From positions 1 to 34,549 of the IMG/VR virus record IMGVR_UViG_3300036943_000097: a stretch of DNA of 34,549 nucleotides; one strand, written 5' to 3'. A program made the translations under genes and the position numbers. Below, in pieces: positions 1 through 9,205 of the stretch. Origin of the DNA: a virus. Its lineage: Duplodnaviria; Caudoviricetes. Every line of letters starts with the position of its first letter. Positions within the stretch are counted from its first letter, which is position 1. Under the pieces are notes generated by a model that had not been told where the DNA came from, searched no databases, and was given only the letters and a program-made list of their open reading frames with translations.

Positions 1-127
1 CCGTAGCGGTTCTCCACGCCTGTTGCGACTGTGATACTGGCACTCTGCACCGTGCTGGATGAGAGGGTTCCGACCACCACTGCGGCGTCGGTCCACTCCA
101 GCGGAGAGAGGGCGTATGTCGGGGAGA
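1..127. repeat. Terminal direct repeat, copy 1 (assembly overlap indicating circularity)
   Basis: Bases 1-127 are identical to 34423-34549, and the tail tube reading frame runs through the junction. Confidence 0.97.
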
Positions 128-602
128 GTGATGCTGTTCCTGTTGCCACGGTCATATATACAAAGTCCAGGGTTATTATTATTGCGTTGTCCATCTCCAC
201 AGAGAGGTCCATGTTGGTGCAACGGCATCCTGCGAAGGTATATGATATTGATGCGCCGGCGTCATCGAGGAACGATGACGCTATGGTGAGGGTCTTCGGA
301 CTGCTCCCGGCATCGTAGTTGGTCACCGGCGATCCGGTGGTCGTGGGGAAGACTGCCTCCAGCCATTCGGTGTTCGAGGTCAGCGAGAAACTGACCGACA
401 GCGACCCTTCGGTGCGCCCCTTGATTATCCCGCATGGCTCTCTGTTGCCCATGCCGGTGTTCCTCTGATAGTTGCGATTGATTGTCCAAGATTGCAGGTT
501 CGGGCATACCCCGAAGACCTTGTCGGTGGTGTCGGCAGTCCCAGCGACCGCCTCGAAACCCCACATGACTTTGACGTCCGTCCCTGATAGTGCTATGCTC
601 AT
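1..602 (-). CDS. Tail tube protein, 5' part (continues at 34422-34146; 292 aa in total)
   Basis: Not in the ORF track. ATG at 602 overlaps the upstream stop (ATGA) and follows a GAGGTGA RBS. MSIALSGTDVKVMWGFEAVAG... stays open to base 1 and joins 34146..34502 in frame. It lies between the terminator and chaperone genes. Confidence 0.85.
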   Translation of the reverse strand, partial: MSIALSGTDVKVMWGFEAVAGTADTTDKVFGVCPNLQSWTINRNYQRNTGMGNREPCGIIKGRTEGSLSVSFSLTSNTEWLEAVFPTTTGSPVTNYDAGSSPKTLTIASSFLDDAGASISYTFAGCRCTNMDLSVEMDNAIIITLDFVYMTVATGTASLSPTYALSPLEWTDAAVVVGTLSSSTVQSASITVATGVENRY

Positions 603-1933
603 ATTATCTCACCTCTGTATTGTATCCTGATGTCGTAGACCTGACCGTATGCACGTTTCATCCCCTCCATGCGGTTCCCGCCGTCAACGAAGAGCAGAGC
701 GTCGATGCCGTCATACCTCATGCGCAGGGCGCGGTCATCGAGGATGCCTTCGAGCTTGGTGCGGATTGCGTCCCCTCGGTCACGGCTGGGGCCGTAGAGG
801 TGCAGTTGGTATGATTCCACCCTGTCCCTCGCATGGTAGCCGATGCCCTTGACGGTATTGTCATAGCTCGTTCTGATGATGTAGATAGTGTCCCGTTCCT
901 GCATCTGCCCGTGTATCATGTCGTAGTCCGACACAAAGACCGGAAGGCGGTAGTTGGTGTATTCTGTGCTTGTGGTGGCGTAGGTCAAGGATGGGTAACT
1001 GCCATCCGTGAGTGTCCACACTTCAGTATCCCATGTTGCGAAGTTGGCAGGGTCTTGCATCTCCGATGTGGTCAATCCTGTCCCCCCCGCCGATGTCGCC
1101 TGTCCAGATGTGGTGGTGTCCCAGTAGGATTCTGAGACCTCCCCGTCATTGCTTCCGAGACCGGTGTTGTTGCCGATGAGGCCTCCATAGTCGGTTCCAT
1201 CACCGAGGTCGGTGACCACGCCGATGGAGTAGCAGTCCTCGATAATGCCGTTGTATGCGATGCAACCAACAAGTCCGCCGACCGCATCCCCACCGTCCCC
1301 GGTGACATCCCCATGGGCATAGCAGTTGATGACAGTCCCCTTCTGACCGCACCCTATCAGCCCACCTATCTGCACCCCGCCCGTCCCGCCTGTGACGGTG
1401 ACGTCGGCATGACAGTTGCTCATCACGGGGTTGTTGGTGCCTCCGACGGATTCCTCGAAAGATGACCATGAACCGCACAGCCCTCCGACCTCGGAGAGCC
1501 CTGTGACGGTGGATGATTCGGCATAGCATCCCGTTACGGTGGTGTCGCTGTTGCCGGTCGTCCTGCCGATAAGGGTGCCGACATACTCGTTCCCCTCGAT
1601 GGAGAATCCCGTCAGGAAGAGGTCTTTGATTGTCGTCGTCCCTTCCTCGGTTCCGACGTGACCGAACAATCCGACGTTGTCATCGGTTCCCGTGATGGTC
1701 AGGTTGCTGATAGTGTGCCCGTTGCCATCGAAGGTTCCGCTGAAGTGCTCGGCGTCATTGCCGAGAGGGGTGAAGTCCACGCCGTCAAGGTCGATGTCGG
1801 CATTGAGGGTATAGTCGCCCGACAGGTTGTCGTTGATTGCCTGTAGTTGTGTGGCAGTGTTGATGAGCTTGGTGGGGGTGTAGGTCTCCCATTGGTCGAT
1901 GATGTATTGCTTGATGGTGTCCTCGACGGTCAC
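599..1933 (-). CDS. Putative tail terminator carrying an inserted GLUG-type beta-helix domain
   Basis: Directly upstream of the tail tube gene. The N-terminal ~20 aa plus C-terminal ~120 aa are terminator-sized. The middle has QLQAI..YTLNADIDL..FSGTFDGNGHTISNL, repeated VGGLVG motifs and SYWDTTTSGQ. Confidence 0.7.
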   Translation of the reverse strand: MTVEDTIKQYIIDQWETYTPTKLINTATQLQAINDNLSGDYTLNADIDLDGVDFTPLGNDAEHFSGTFDGNGHTISNLTITGTDDNVGLFGHVGTEEGTTTIKDLFLTGFSIEGNEYVGTLIGRTTGNSDTTVTGCYAESSTVTGLSEVGGLCGSWSSFEESVGGTNNPVMSNCHADVTVTGGTGGVQIGGLIGCGQKGTVINCYAHGDVTGDGGDAVGGLVGCIAYNGIIEDCYSIGVVTDLGDGTDYGGLIGNNTGLGSNDGEVSESYWDTTTSGQATSAGGTGLTTSEMQDPANFATWDTEVWTLTDGSYPSLTYATTSTEYTNYRLPVFVSDYDMIHGQMQERDTIYIIRTSYDNTVKGIGYHARDRVESYQLHLYGPSRDRGDAIRTKLEGILDDRALRMRYDGIDALLFVDGGNRMEGMKRAYGQVYDIRIQYRGEII

Positions 1934-2598
1934 GGGACCACCGCCATCATCTCTTGGTATCGGGAGAGGATGCCATCGACCTCTTTCCTCATGCGGTCAA
2001 GCTTGGCATCCACCGAGGATGCGTCTGTTCCAGATGGCAGGATTTTGCGATAGTCATCCGAGCCGACGATCCGCATCGCAGTGAGCATAGCCGACGCCTT
2101 CCTTATGCTGGGTGGGACTATTGCTGACCCTATGCGGTATGTCACCCGATACTTGACCTTCATCGGTGCAAGTCGGGTGATGGGCATCGACGGGTAGCCG
2201 ATAGCGTCCCCGATGATTATGATGCCGTCCTCCTCATCAACGTGGTAATCGTCAGTATCGACTTCCGACCACGCATCGTCCTCCCACTTCTCCAACTTGT
2301 CCCCTTCCGTATCGGTGTCCCAATCGAGGAGGTTGCGGTGGTCGAGAAAGAGCCTCCTCATCCCGCCGGTGTTGCGGTAGGGCATACGGGACTTCTTGAT
2401 GGCAATGACCTGCTTCTCGCCGAACGAGGAATGGGTGATGCGGTCTATCTCGTCGTCCGCCTCCTCTATCCACGCATTGACCTCGGAGAGGGTGGGGTCG
2501 GTGGTGGTGGTGAATGTCACCCTTCCCATGACACCGCTGTCATCCTGCTCGGTCAGTCGTAACAGTGATGCCACGTCAGTCGCAGTGCAGTAGGTCAT
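1930..2598 (-). CDS. Head-tail adaptor (gp6/gp15-like)
   Basis: MTYCTATDV start, IEEADDEIDRIT helix and KYRVTYRIG..VPPSIRKAS motif; position downstream of the head genes. Confidence 0.75.
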   Translation of the reverse strand: MTYCTATDVASLLRLTEQDDSGVMGRVTFTTTTDPTLSEVNAWIEEADDEIDRITHSSFGEKQVIAIKKSRMPYRNTGGMRRLFLDHRNLLDWDTDTEGDKLEKWEDDAWSEVDTDDYHVDEEDGIIIIGDAIGYPSMPITRLAPMKVKYRVTYRIGSAIVPPSIRKASAMLTAMRIVGSDDYRKILPSGTDASSVDAKLDRMRKEVDGILSRYQEMMAVVP

Positions 2599-5500
2599 TG
2601 CCACCCCACCTCTTGGTGTATGTTGTTGATTACCAGGTCATCGCTCATCCAATCATCCTCCCCTTCCCAGATGTTGAGTTCTGCAATCCTTCCGTTCAGC
2701 CCATCGCCTATGGTGACGGCAAGGTCGGCATCCTTCTGTCGGGTGGACAGCGATGCGGTGGCGATGCCTGAGGTCAGCCCATCGGATGCGTATAGCTCGA
2801 GGGAGTTGTCCTTCAGTTTGACGTGGCATCCAATCCAACGCTGTTCAAGGGCGGAGATGGTGGCGGTCTTGTTGCCCACCCCGTCCTCTGCCGATGCCGT
2901 CAAGGTCTTGGCGGTGGCGTTGTAGGTGATGGTGAGGATGTTGGTCGCACCGTCGGTCTTGGAGAACACTTCTTGGTCATCGCCTGTGGTGGGCTTGAAC
3001 AGGGCGTAAAGGTTCACCACGTCTGCGGTCAGGGGAATCCTCTCATCGTTGATGGCGGTGAGCTTCTCCGTTCCATCATACACTTGGGCGACCTTGTAGT
3101 TGTCATCCGTGGCGTAGGAAGGCATGGCATCGGAGTTGAGCAGGGCGAAGGAGGTGTTCGGTGCGTAGGTGAATGTCCTCTGGAGGTTATGCTCAATCAG
3201 GATGCGGACTTCCTCATCGGTGAGGACGCGGTCATAGATGGACAGACGGCGGAGGATGAACTTCGCCCATTGAGTATCGTTGCCGAGTTGCCCGATGAAG
3301 AGGCCTCCAGCGCATACCCCGTTCGTTCCCGTCTCCTTGACGATGGAACCGCCACGGGAGGCGTTGTGGAATGTGAGGGATGTGGCGTTCCATGATATTA
3401 CGGACATCTGCACATCGGCATTGGCGGGGGTGATGGTGAGGGTCTCCTCGACTGAACCTGCGGTGACTTCTTCGAGGATTAGATCGCCACCCTCGAAGGA
3501 CAATGAGCAATGGTTGTCGGCATCCTCATACAGCGACAGTATCGTCTGCCGTGTCGTGGATGCGAGGTCGAAGGCAGACCAACGGATGGCGATTGAGCCT
3601 TCCGCACCATAGGGTAGTGCGACTGTGCCGTATTGGTCTGTGCCATTGAAGTCGGTGGCACGGAACAGGAAGTCATCAACGGTGGCGGTGGGTTCTTCGG
3701 GAACAGTAAGGAAGTCCGCAAGGACTGCGGTCTCCGTGGCTTCGGTCAGGGAATCGGAGAGCAGACCGATGTGGTAGTATGTCCCATGATTCACCGTGGT
3801 CTCCGTGGGTGATATGTGTATGTCAGCGTTGAGCGTTGCCGTTGAATCGACAGTCACGCTGTCGGCAATCAGAACGTTGGCGGAGAGGGTTGCGGTGTCG
3901 GAGAGGGTGATTGATGTTGATGTCAAAGTATCAGCGTTAAAAATATCATCTTTCCCCGTTTTCATTGAAACAATGTTACTATTGATTAATATATGATTCT
4001 GTCCTGATAAATCGGGAGAATCCCTAAATAAAGACATTGTGCTGTTAATCACAATCAGATTTTTGGTATGATAATAAAGACCTTTTCCGGTTGTGTCAAG
4101 AGAACAATTCACAACATACATTTTTTTATCATTATACCCAGTGGCAAACCCATAACGGTTATCATCAAATGTTGAATTGATGAGCACAACATCGCCATTA
4201 AAGAGGACACCTAAATCACCTGATTGAAAATCAACTGATTCAATGTAAGTTTGACCTCGTGCTTTTAACACAACAGAATAAACACCGCCCGATGTTTGTA
4301 TCGTCATTTGGCTTATCATGACCTGTGCGGTGGTTGTAATCTGAAAATCAACACCGCTGATTATCGTTCCTGCACGGCTCTCACCGACTAATTTTAACGA
4401 TTTATCAACCTCAACACTCTCATTATACGTTCCATCCCGTATCTCGATGATGTCCCCTGCGGAGGCGGCGGTGATGGCGGCGGAGATTGTTGTGTAGTCA
4501 CCGCCCCCTGCGGCATCTACGACAATAGTGCTACCGCTGAATGTCGGCTCGGGTGGTATGTCGGGCATGGTGACGAGGGGATACTCCCCTGCCACTTCCT
4601 TGCGATGGAATACCACATCATCAGCGGTGGGCATGACGATTGATTGGTTGTAGGCACGGTCAAGGGTGACGCCATCGCCTGTGATGGTAGTGCCAGATAT
4701 TCCGCCCACATTGGTGTATTTGTAGATGGTTCCAGAAACAACCCATATCGTGATTGTCGGAGATGGCTGGAATTGTGGATACTCGCCATCGGCAATGCTC
4801 CAAGTGAGTGGATGCCAAAGCTCGAAGTTGGATGCGGTCTGCATCTCCGCTGTGGTCAGCCCTGTTCCGCCATCGGATGTGGTGAATCCCGATGTGGTGG
4901 TGTCCCAATATGAGCCAAGGACTTGGCTGGTTTCATTAAGTCCTACCAAACCGCCATCTGTTGAGCCATCTGGGATGCCTGTGGAGTAGCAATCAATGAT
5001 GATGGATGAATCATGATTATATCCTACCAAACCACCTGTATATGAACCAGTCGCAGAACCAGTAGCATAGCAGTTGGTTATGGTTGATGAATTATCGTTC
5101 AATCCGACCAAACCACCTGTGTGTGATGAACCAGTCGCAGAACCAGTGGCGTAACAGTTGGTTATGGTTGAATAATAATTATAACCGACCAGCCCGCCCG
5201 TGCTTTCTGTACCACTTACATTACCAGTCGCATAACAATTTGTGATTGTGGATGAATCACGATTATACCCGACCAATCCGCCTGTGTATGTTCCACTCGC
5301 AGAACCAGTAGCATAGCAGTTGGTGATTATGGATGAATAATAATTATAACCGACCAATCCGCCTGTGTGTGATGAACCAGTCGCAGAACCAGTGGCGTAA
5401 CAGTTGGTTATGGTTGATGAATCACGGTTGTAACCGACCAATCCGCCTGAGTATGATGTGCCTGTTATTTCATAATCCACAACTCCAACATCATATATTT

Positions 5501-6587
5501 CCGAACTAGATGTCCTTCCGAACAATCCGCCATAACCGTCAGCATTACCACCAGCGGAGAACAGTCCTGTTATTGTATGACCGTTACCATACAAAGCACC
5601 CGTGAACGGTGTGGCGACATTGCCAACAGGCTCAAATCCAAGATAACCGCCACTTCCGTCAGGGTTCCATGTTGCCGTGGCTGATGCGTCAATGTCGTTT
5701 GCGAGATAGTATGTTGCGGAGAGGTCATCCTTAATCGCCTGTAATTCAGTGACATTGGTAATTGCCACTGCACCAACAGGCGCATCACGAATAAGGGATT
5801 CATCATAGCCAATTGTTCCGCTGGATTCATATGCGGACACATCTGGAAACTCAGAGGATTGTGGTTCTATTGTGGCACCATCACCGTATCGTGACGTTAA
5901 AGTGCTATCGGTGTAATGAACCATGTCGTATGATGCAACGAGGTCATCCTCATCTATCTCGATGGTGGGGACTACCACCGTCTGGTTTGTCCATGAATCA
6001 TGGGAGTAGAACAGGGTGATGTCCCCTGCATCGCTGAAGATGTCCACCAAGGTATCGGAACCGTAGTATTGGACATAGAAGGGGATGGATGCGAACGGGG
6101 TGTCATCATCCCGTGAGAGTGTGAAGTGGAAATGCTCGTTATCGGTGCGAGGTGCGTAAACAGTGTTCCCGCTGTCCGTTCCCGTGCTGTTCTTCAAGAG
6201 CAGCCGCAGAGTGCCGTTGGCGGATGGGGTGAATACGATCCGCTTGGCCTTCTTGAAACCAAGGAACTCATTGGGCACGGGGGAGACAGTCCCTGCGAGT
6301 GTCATGTCTGCCGTTCCAGCGAAGTCCTTCAGTTTGCCTTCCGTCTCGGTGTCGTCATAGGTGGCGATGACATCACCAGCGAAACCGGGGATGTCGTCGA
6401 GGGGTGAGCCTGTCAGGGTGGATGCGGTGGGTGACCGCTTGGAATCCCTTTGGACTATGCCCTGCATATGTAGGATACGGTCACGGCTCATCGCTGGGTG
6501 ATGGTCATCGGGTGCGTATATACCCTCGTTGATGGGTTGATTGACATCGGGGTTCATCGTTATGTTGCAGGGATTGTTGCGGTTCAT
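2595..6587 (-). CDS. Large mosaic virion adhesin / head fibre (GLUG repeats, pectin-lyase/NosD-like beta-helix, two LamG-like domains)
   Basis: 1330 aa with a GGTGA RBS. Contains TNCYATG..TGGLVGYN repeats, VVDAAGGGDYTTISAAI..IEIRDGTYNE and DFNGTDQY...IYDRVLTDEEV motifs. Confidence 0.8.
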   Translation of the reverse strand: MNRNNPCNITMNPDVNQPINEGIYAPDDHHPAMSRDRILHMQGIVQRDSKRSPTASTLTGSPLDDIPGFAGDVIATYDDTETEGKLKDFAGTADMTLAGTVSPVPNEFLGFKKAKRIVFTPSANGTLRLLLKNSTGTDSGNTVYAPRTDNEHFHFTLSRDDDTPFASIPFYVQYYGSDTLVDIFSDAGDITLFYSHDSWTNQTVVVPTIEIDEDDLVASYDMVHYTDSTLTSRYGDGATIEPQSSEFPDVSAYESSGTIGYDESLIRDAPVGAVAITNVTELQAIKDDLSATYYLANDIDASATATWNPDGSGGYLGFEPVGNVATPFTGALYGNGHTITGLFSAGGNADGYGGLFGRTSSSEIYDVGVVDYEITGTSYSGGLVGYNRDSSTITNCYATGSATGSSHTGGLVGYNYYSSIITNCYATGSASGTYTGGLVGYNRDSSTITNCYATGNVSGTESTGGLVGYNYYSTITNCYATGSATGSSHTGGLVGLNDNSSTITNCYATGSATGSYTGGLVGYNHDSSIIIDCYSTGIPDGSTDGGLVGLNETSQVLGSYWDTTTSGFTTSDGGTGLTTAEMQTASNFELWHPLTWSIADGEYPQFQPSPTITIWVVSGTIYKYTNVGGISGTTITGDGVTLDRAYNQSIVMPTADDVVFHRKEVAGEYPLVTMPDIPPEPTFSGSTIVVDAAGGGDYTTISAAITAASAGDIIEIRDGTYNESVEVDKSLKLVGESRAGTIISGVDFQITTTAQVMISQMTIQTSGGVYSVVLKARGQTYIESVDFQSGDLGVLFNGDVVLINSTFDDNRYGFATGYNDKKMYVVNCSLDTTGKGLYYHTKNLIVINSTMSLFRDSPDLSGQNHILINSNIVSMKTGKDDIFNADTLTSTSITLSDTATLSANVLIADSVTVDSTATLNADIHISPTETTVNHGTYYHIGLLSDSLTEATETAVLADFLTVPEEPTATVDDFLFRATDFNGTDQYGTVALPYGAEGSIAIRWSAFDLASTTRQTILSLYEDADNHCSLSFEGGDLILEEVTAGSVEETLTITPANADVQMSVISWNATSLTFHNASRGGSIVKETGTNGVCAGGLFIGQLGNDTQWAKFILRRLSIYDRVLTDEEVRILIEHNLQRTFTYAPNTSFALLNSDAMPSYATDDNYKVAQVYDGTEKLTAINDERIPLTADVVNLYALFKPTTGDDQEVFSKTDGATNILTITYNATAKTLTASAEDGVGNKTATISALEQRWIGCHVKLKDNSLELYASDGLTSGIATASLSTRQKDADLAVTIGDGLNGRIAELNIWEGEDDWMSDDLVINNIHQEVGWQ
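3660..3732. repeat. 73-bp perfect inverted repeat, copy A
   Basis: ACGGAACAGGAAGTC...AAGGACTGCGGTC is the exact reverse complement of 9404-9476. Confidence 0.97.
4980..5455 (-). repeat. Tandem GLUG-encoding repeats (about 6 units of ~81 bp)
   Basis: Repeated gaaccagtcgcagaaccag units; 5116-5171 is identical to 5362-5417 (56 bp). Confidence 0.92.
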
Positions 6588-6620
6588 GTCATCACCGGGA
6601 AAAAGGGTTGTTTAAGGGGT

Positions 6621-6998
6621 TTAGTAGGTATATCCCACCGAGGCGTTGGCGGTCACGGCATTGCCGTTTCCGTTGACTATCTTCAACAGTTTGATGCGGA
6701 CGTATGGCGATACGTTGACCACCGCCTCCTTTATCGCGGTATCGTTCCCCGCTGTGGGGACATTGACTATCCACGATGCGATGGTCGGCCATGATTGGTC
6801 CTCTCCCCGTCCGAGGAAGTGGAATGCGACCACATCGCTGTCCCCAGCGTCGGTGGATACGACCTTGCAGGTGATGGTGGACTGTTCCGCCCTCAGGACG
6901 GATGCCTCCGCACCCACGGTGGTGTAGCTGTCGCTACCCGGAACGGTAACGTCATCGGCATATGATGCCACCCCACCTGCGGCGGCACTCCGAGCCAC
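6621..6998 (-). CDS. Putative virion structural protein (beta-rich)
   Basis: 125-aa ORF tightly packed in the head cluster. Confidence 0.65.
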   Translation of the reverse strand: MARSAAAGGVASYADDVTVPGSDSYTTVGAEASVLRAEQSTITCKVVSTDAGDSDVVAFHFLGRGEDQSWPTIASWIVNVPTAGNDTAIKEAVVNVSPYVRIKLLKIVNGNGNAVTANASVGYTY

Positions 6999-6999
6999 G

Positions 7000-7305
7000 T
7001 CACCACCCTCTGAAGGTCGCTATCCACACACCCATGTCGTCGGTGCTGCCTTCCTGACTGCCATCCACAAGGTCGTAGAACATCAGCTTCTGGTTGTCAA
7101 GGTCGAATACGGGGCATCCGAACTTTCCACTCTCGTTGCTGACGCAACTGACCATACCGACAACAGAGTTGGGCATGGTGACCGCAAGGTCATCGGAGAG
7201 GTCCTCGCCACCCGTGGTGTAGCTGGTGATGTCCAGCTTGAGGGTGGTCTCGATGTAGTTCTCCAAACTCACTCGGGAGCCGAGTGTCGTTGCTGTATAT
7301 GTCAT
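7000..7305 (-). CDS. Putative capsid decoration protein, paralogue 2
   Basis: LDITSYTTGGE motif is shared with 7657..7962; both proteins are 101 aa. Confidence 0.6.
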   Translation of the reverse strand: MTYTATTLGSRVSLENYIETTLKLDITSYTTGGEDLSDDLAVTMPNSVVGMVSCVSNESGKFGCPVFDLDNQKLMFYDLVDGSQEGSTDDMGVWIATFRGW

Positions 7306-7652
7306 AGGTCATCCTCCTCTTCTTCCGGTTCCGGTTCAGGCTCGGGTTCAGGCTCGACATCCTTCGGTTCAGGGGGGAGAGGGGTCTTGCGAGGCCGCTT
7401 CTTGGACTTCTTCCTCTCCTTTATCTCCTTGACTGAATCTGGTTCAGCGACATCGAGGGGCTGACGTTCCCAACGGGAATCCCCGTTGGCGATCTTCGCC
7501 TCGATTGCTCTGATGACATCCTCATTCTGGATGTCGCACCATCCTCCGCCGTTGGGGTTCTTTCCGGCATCGGGGAACCGGACCGTCCTGCCGCTCTCGA
7601 GGACTATCTTCACGAATGTCCTGCGGCCGGGTCCTTTGAATCTGTAATTCAC
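7302..7652 (-). CDS. Hypothetical head-cluster protein with a basic patch and an EP-repeat acidic tail
   Basis: Fills the gap between the decoration paralogues and has an ATGA overlap at its 3' end. Confidence 0.7.
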   Translation of the reverse strand: MNYRFKGPGRRTFVKIVLESGRTVRFPDAGKNPNGGGWCDIQNEDVIRAIEAKIANGDSRWERQPLDVAEPDSVKEIKERKKSKKRPRKTPLPPEPKDVEPEPEPEPEPEEEEDDL

Positions 7653-7656
7653 GTGT

Positions 7657-7962
7657 TCACACTCCTATTGCTATAAAGGGCATCTCGCCGACATCGGTGG
7701 CGGCATCTACCGCGGTTCCGGCCGCCTTCTCCGCACTTCCCGTCCCACGGACAATGACCTTGTTGTCGCTGTCGCTGAACCAGCCGATGTAGCCGGTCTC
7801 GGAGGGGGAGAGGATGAGCTGACGCAGTCCTTGGATGAACTGGAACTCCGAGGGGTCTATGACCTCTCCTGCGGCGGTGTAGCTCGTGATGTCGATTGTG
7901 CCGTAGCACATGACCACCCTGCCGACGTTCTCCCTGCTGTTGATTGTGAGTGTATGCGTCAT
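7657..7962 (-). CDS. Putative capsid decoration protein, paralogue 1
   Basis: Immediately after the capsid gene; GAGGTG RBS; IDITSYTAAGE motif. Confidence 0.6.
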   Translation of the reverse strand: MTHTLTINSRENVGRVVMCYGTIDITSYTAAGEVIDPSEFQFIQGLRQLILSPSETGYIGWFSDSDNKVIVRGTGSAEKAAGTAVDAATDVGEMPFIAIGV

Positions 7963-7971
7963 CGTCGCACC

Positions 7972-9204
7972 TCACTCTATGTCGGTCAGCTTGAACTGTG
8001 CGCCGGGGTATGTCACCCACACGTTGCCCTGCATATGCCACGCATAGCGGTCCTTGTAACCATTTGCGAGGTAAGGGTTGCCTGCGGTGGAGTGGAACTC
8101 CACACCGTTCAGCATGGACAGCCGGACAGTGGATGTGTCCAATCCGAGGATGTCGGGCAGACCGCTGTTGGGCTCGGGCATCACGCTGTCGACGAACAGG
8201 GGGAATCCCTTGTAGGTGTCCACGAGCATGGAGCCTTCCTGACCGGGTGCGGTGTTGACGCCGTTCAATCCCACAGTGACCGGGCGCTCATAGCCGAGGC
8301 GCTGCTTACCTTCGACCAACTGCGTGAGGACATTCAGAGTGTCGTGTCCCGTCAGCAGTATCCCGCCACCGTAGGGGGAGGTCGCCGGGAGCCGTGCCTT
8401 GCCGGCCTCGGTGATGCATTCATCGAGGTAGGACAGGTTGAACGTCCTCGGGGTGTCGGCGGCCGACGTGTTGTAGTTGACGTAAGCGTCAGCCCACGAG
8501 GCGGCACTGTCGCGGTCGACGTTGTAGAAGTCGGCACTGTTGTCAACGACGCCGGCCGATGCGTTGATGTGGTTGTAGCTCTCGATCAGCCCATGCAGGG
8601 ATGCCATGTGAGCATCACCGGGGGCGCCGTCGTTCACGTCATAGAGCAGGTTGAGGTTCAGCCGCGCATAGAACTGCTGACGCTCGACCTCCACTGTGTT
8701 GGCGGCGGCGAGGACATCATCCTTGTTCTCAAGGTTCATCTGCAGGTGGCTTATGGCGGTTCCGTGGTGCAGGTCCTTGGGCTTGACCTCGACCACCGCA
8801 TAGTCTGCTATGACATCGGCGGGAAGGCCGCTGTCCTCGGCGAGGCCGGGCAGTGCCGTGGACGATGCCGTGGTGAGCGCACGGAAACCGCTATGCTCAT
8901 GGACAGCCTTCCCCATGAGGGAGAAGGTGTTGGCGGACTGCACTATATTGGCTTCCGCCATAGCGCCGTAGATGATGTTGTTCACGCCTGTGGTGTCCGT
9001 TGCCATCGGACCGAGGCTTCTCTGTGCCTCCTGCGGATTGGATGCGAAGAGGTCGGAGAGGGACTCCATGATGACCTCTGCGGGCTGGTCGTAGAGGTTG
9101 TTCCTCGCGACATAGCCCATGAAGGGGGCGTATCCCCGCTTCTCCCAATCTTTCAGGAACGCCTTCTCGTTGAGGCGGCTTGACTTACGAATAGGTTCAT
9201 ACAT
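7972..9204 (-). CDS. Major capsid protein (HK97 fold)
   Basis: 410 aa from ATG 9204, downstream of the protease/scaffold gene. LVDTYKGFPLFVDS..DILGLDTS resembles the HK97-fold C-terminal region. Confidence 0.85.
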   Translation of the reverse strand: MYEPIRKSSRLNEKAFLKDWEKRGYAPFMGYVARNNLYDQPAEVIMESLSDLFASNPQEAQRSLGPMATDTTGVNNIIYGAMAEANIVQSANTFSLMGKAVHEHSGFRALTTASSTALPGLAEDSGLPADVIADYAVVEVKPKDLHHGTAISHLQMNLENKDDVLAAANTVEVERQQFYARLNLNLLYDVNDGAPGDAHMASLHGLIESYNHINASAGVVDNSADFYNVDRDSAASWADAYVNYNTSAADTPRTFNLSYLDECITEAGKARLPATSPYGGGILLTGHDTLNVLTQLVEGKQRLGYERPVTVGLNGVNTAPGQEGSMLVDTYKGFPLFVDSVMPEPNSGLPDILGLDTSTVRLSMLNGVEFHSTAGNPYLANGYKDRYAWHMQGNVWVTYPGAQFKLTDIE

Positions 9205-9205
9205 A

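Noticed and set aside
1-127. Biological terminal repeat or att site
   Set aside because: 127 bp equals a common assembler k-mer and the repeat falls mid-gene, so it is best read as a circular overlap.
262-564. 100-aa minus-strand ORF in the track
   Set aside because: An out-of-frame overlap of the tail tube gene that starts at 602.
4980-5455. CRISPR array or diversity-generating retroelement repeat pair
   Set aside because: The repeats are in-frame protein repeats without unique spacers, and there is no reverse transcriptase.
7831-9183. 450-aa plus-strand ORF and other long plus-strand ORFs (e.g. 9300-9932, 13790-14665, 19548-20456, 27225-28223)
   Set aside because: Antisense shadows of well-supported GC-rich minus-strand genes, with no recognisable motifs.
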